A stretch of DNA of 64,000 nucleotides from Octopus vulgaris (Eukaryota): the NCBI GenBank assembly GCA_951406725.2, contig OX597823.1, positions 85,622,001 to 85,686,000 of the forward strand, read 5' to 3'. Below are positions 63,740-64,000 of the stretch, piece after piece (position 1 is the first letter of the stretch; every line of letters begins with the position of its first letter). The notes beneath the pieces were generated by a model. The model worked only from the letters and a program-made list of their open reading frames with translations, was not told where the DNA came from and did not search any database. The translations under genes and the position numbers were made by a program.

Positions 63740-64000
63740 TAGCAGAATCGTTAGCACGCCGGGCAAAATGCTTAGCGGTGTTTCGTTTTCAAGCGGTGTT
63801 GAAGGAAAGGTGGCGAGCTGGCAGAGACGTTAGCACGCCAGGCGAAATGCTTAGCGGTATTTCGTCTGCCGCTACGTTCTGAGTTCAAATTCCGCCGAGG
63901 TCGAATTTGCCTTTCATCCTTTCGTGGTCGATTAAATAAGTGCCAGTTACGCACTGGGGTCGATATAATCGACTTAATTCGTTTGTCTGTCCTTGTTTGT
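63740..64000 (+). mobile_element. SINE family A (partial head plus a copy running off the window)
   Basis: Consensus match. Confidence 0.9.

Overview
AT-rich, microsatellite-dense animal genomic DNA. The SINE repertoire and repeat landscape look like an octopus (coleoid cephalopod) intron or intergenic region; this is inferred, not proven. I cannot support any host protein-coding gene, tRNA, rRNA or CRISPR array, and most ORFs in the track are microsatellite artefacts. The window is a mosaic of transposable elements. There are two Neptune-type Penelope-like retroelements (PLEs; RT plus C-terminal GIY-YIG) at 3143-5535 and 16187-20969. The rest comprises Helitrons (a tandem array, a RepHel relic and two further non-autonomous copies), mariner, maT and Tigger DNA transposons with MITEs, Tx1/L1, CR1-like and RTE-derived LINE fragments, and at least five tRNA-derived SINE families. 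Four signals stand out. (1) About ten hammerhead-ribozyme-like motifs from several unrelated sequence families, most lying just upstream of a (TA)n tract and several inside short ORF-less or fold-back inserts. (2) The larger PLE has an upstream coiled-coil/Pro-rich ORF joined to an ATG-less RT frame at an in-phase UUUUUUA heptamer, plus inverted pLTRs and a foreign 3' tail that begins at a hammerhead cleavage site. (3) A SINE whose internal (TA)n has absorbed 4.3 kb of nested insertions. (4) Repeated SINE insertion at the same regenerated target site. Coordinates were read by eye and may be off by a few bases.
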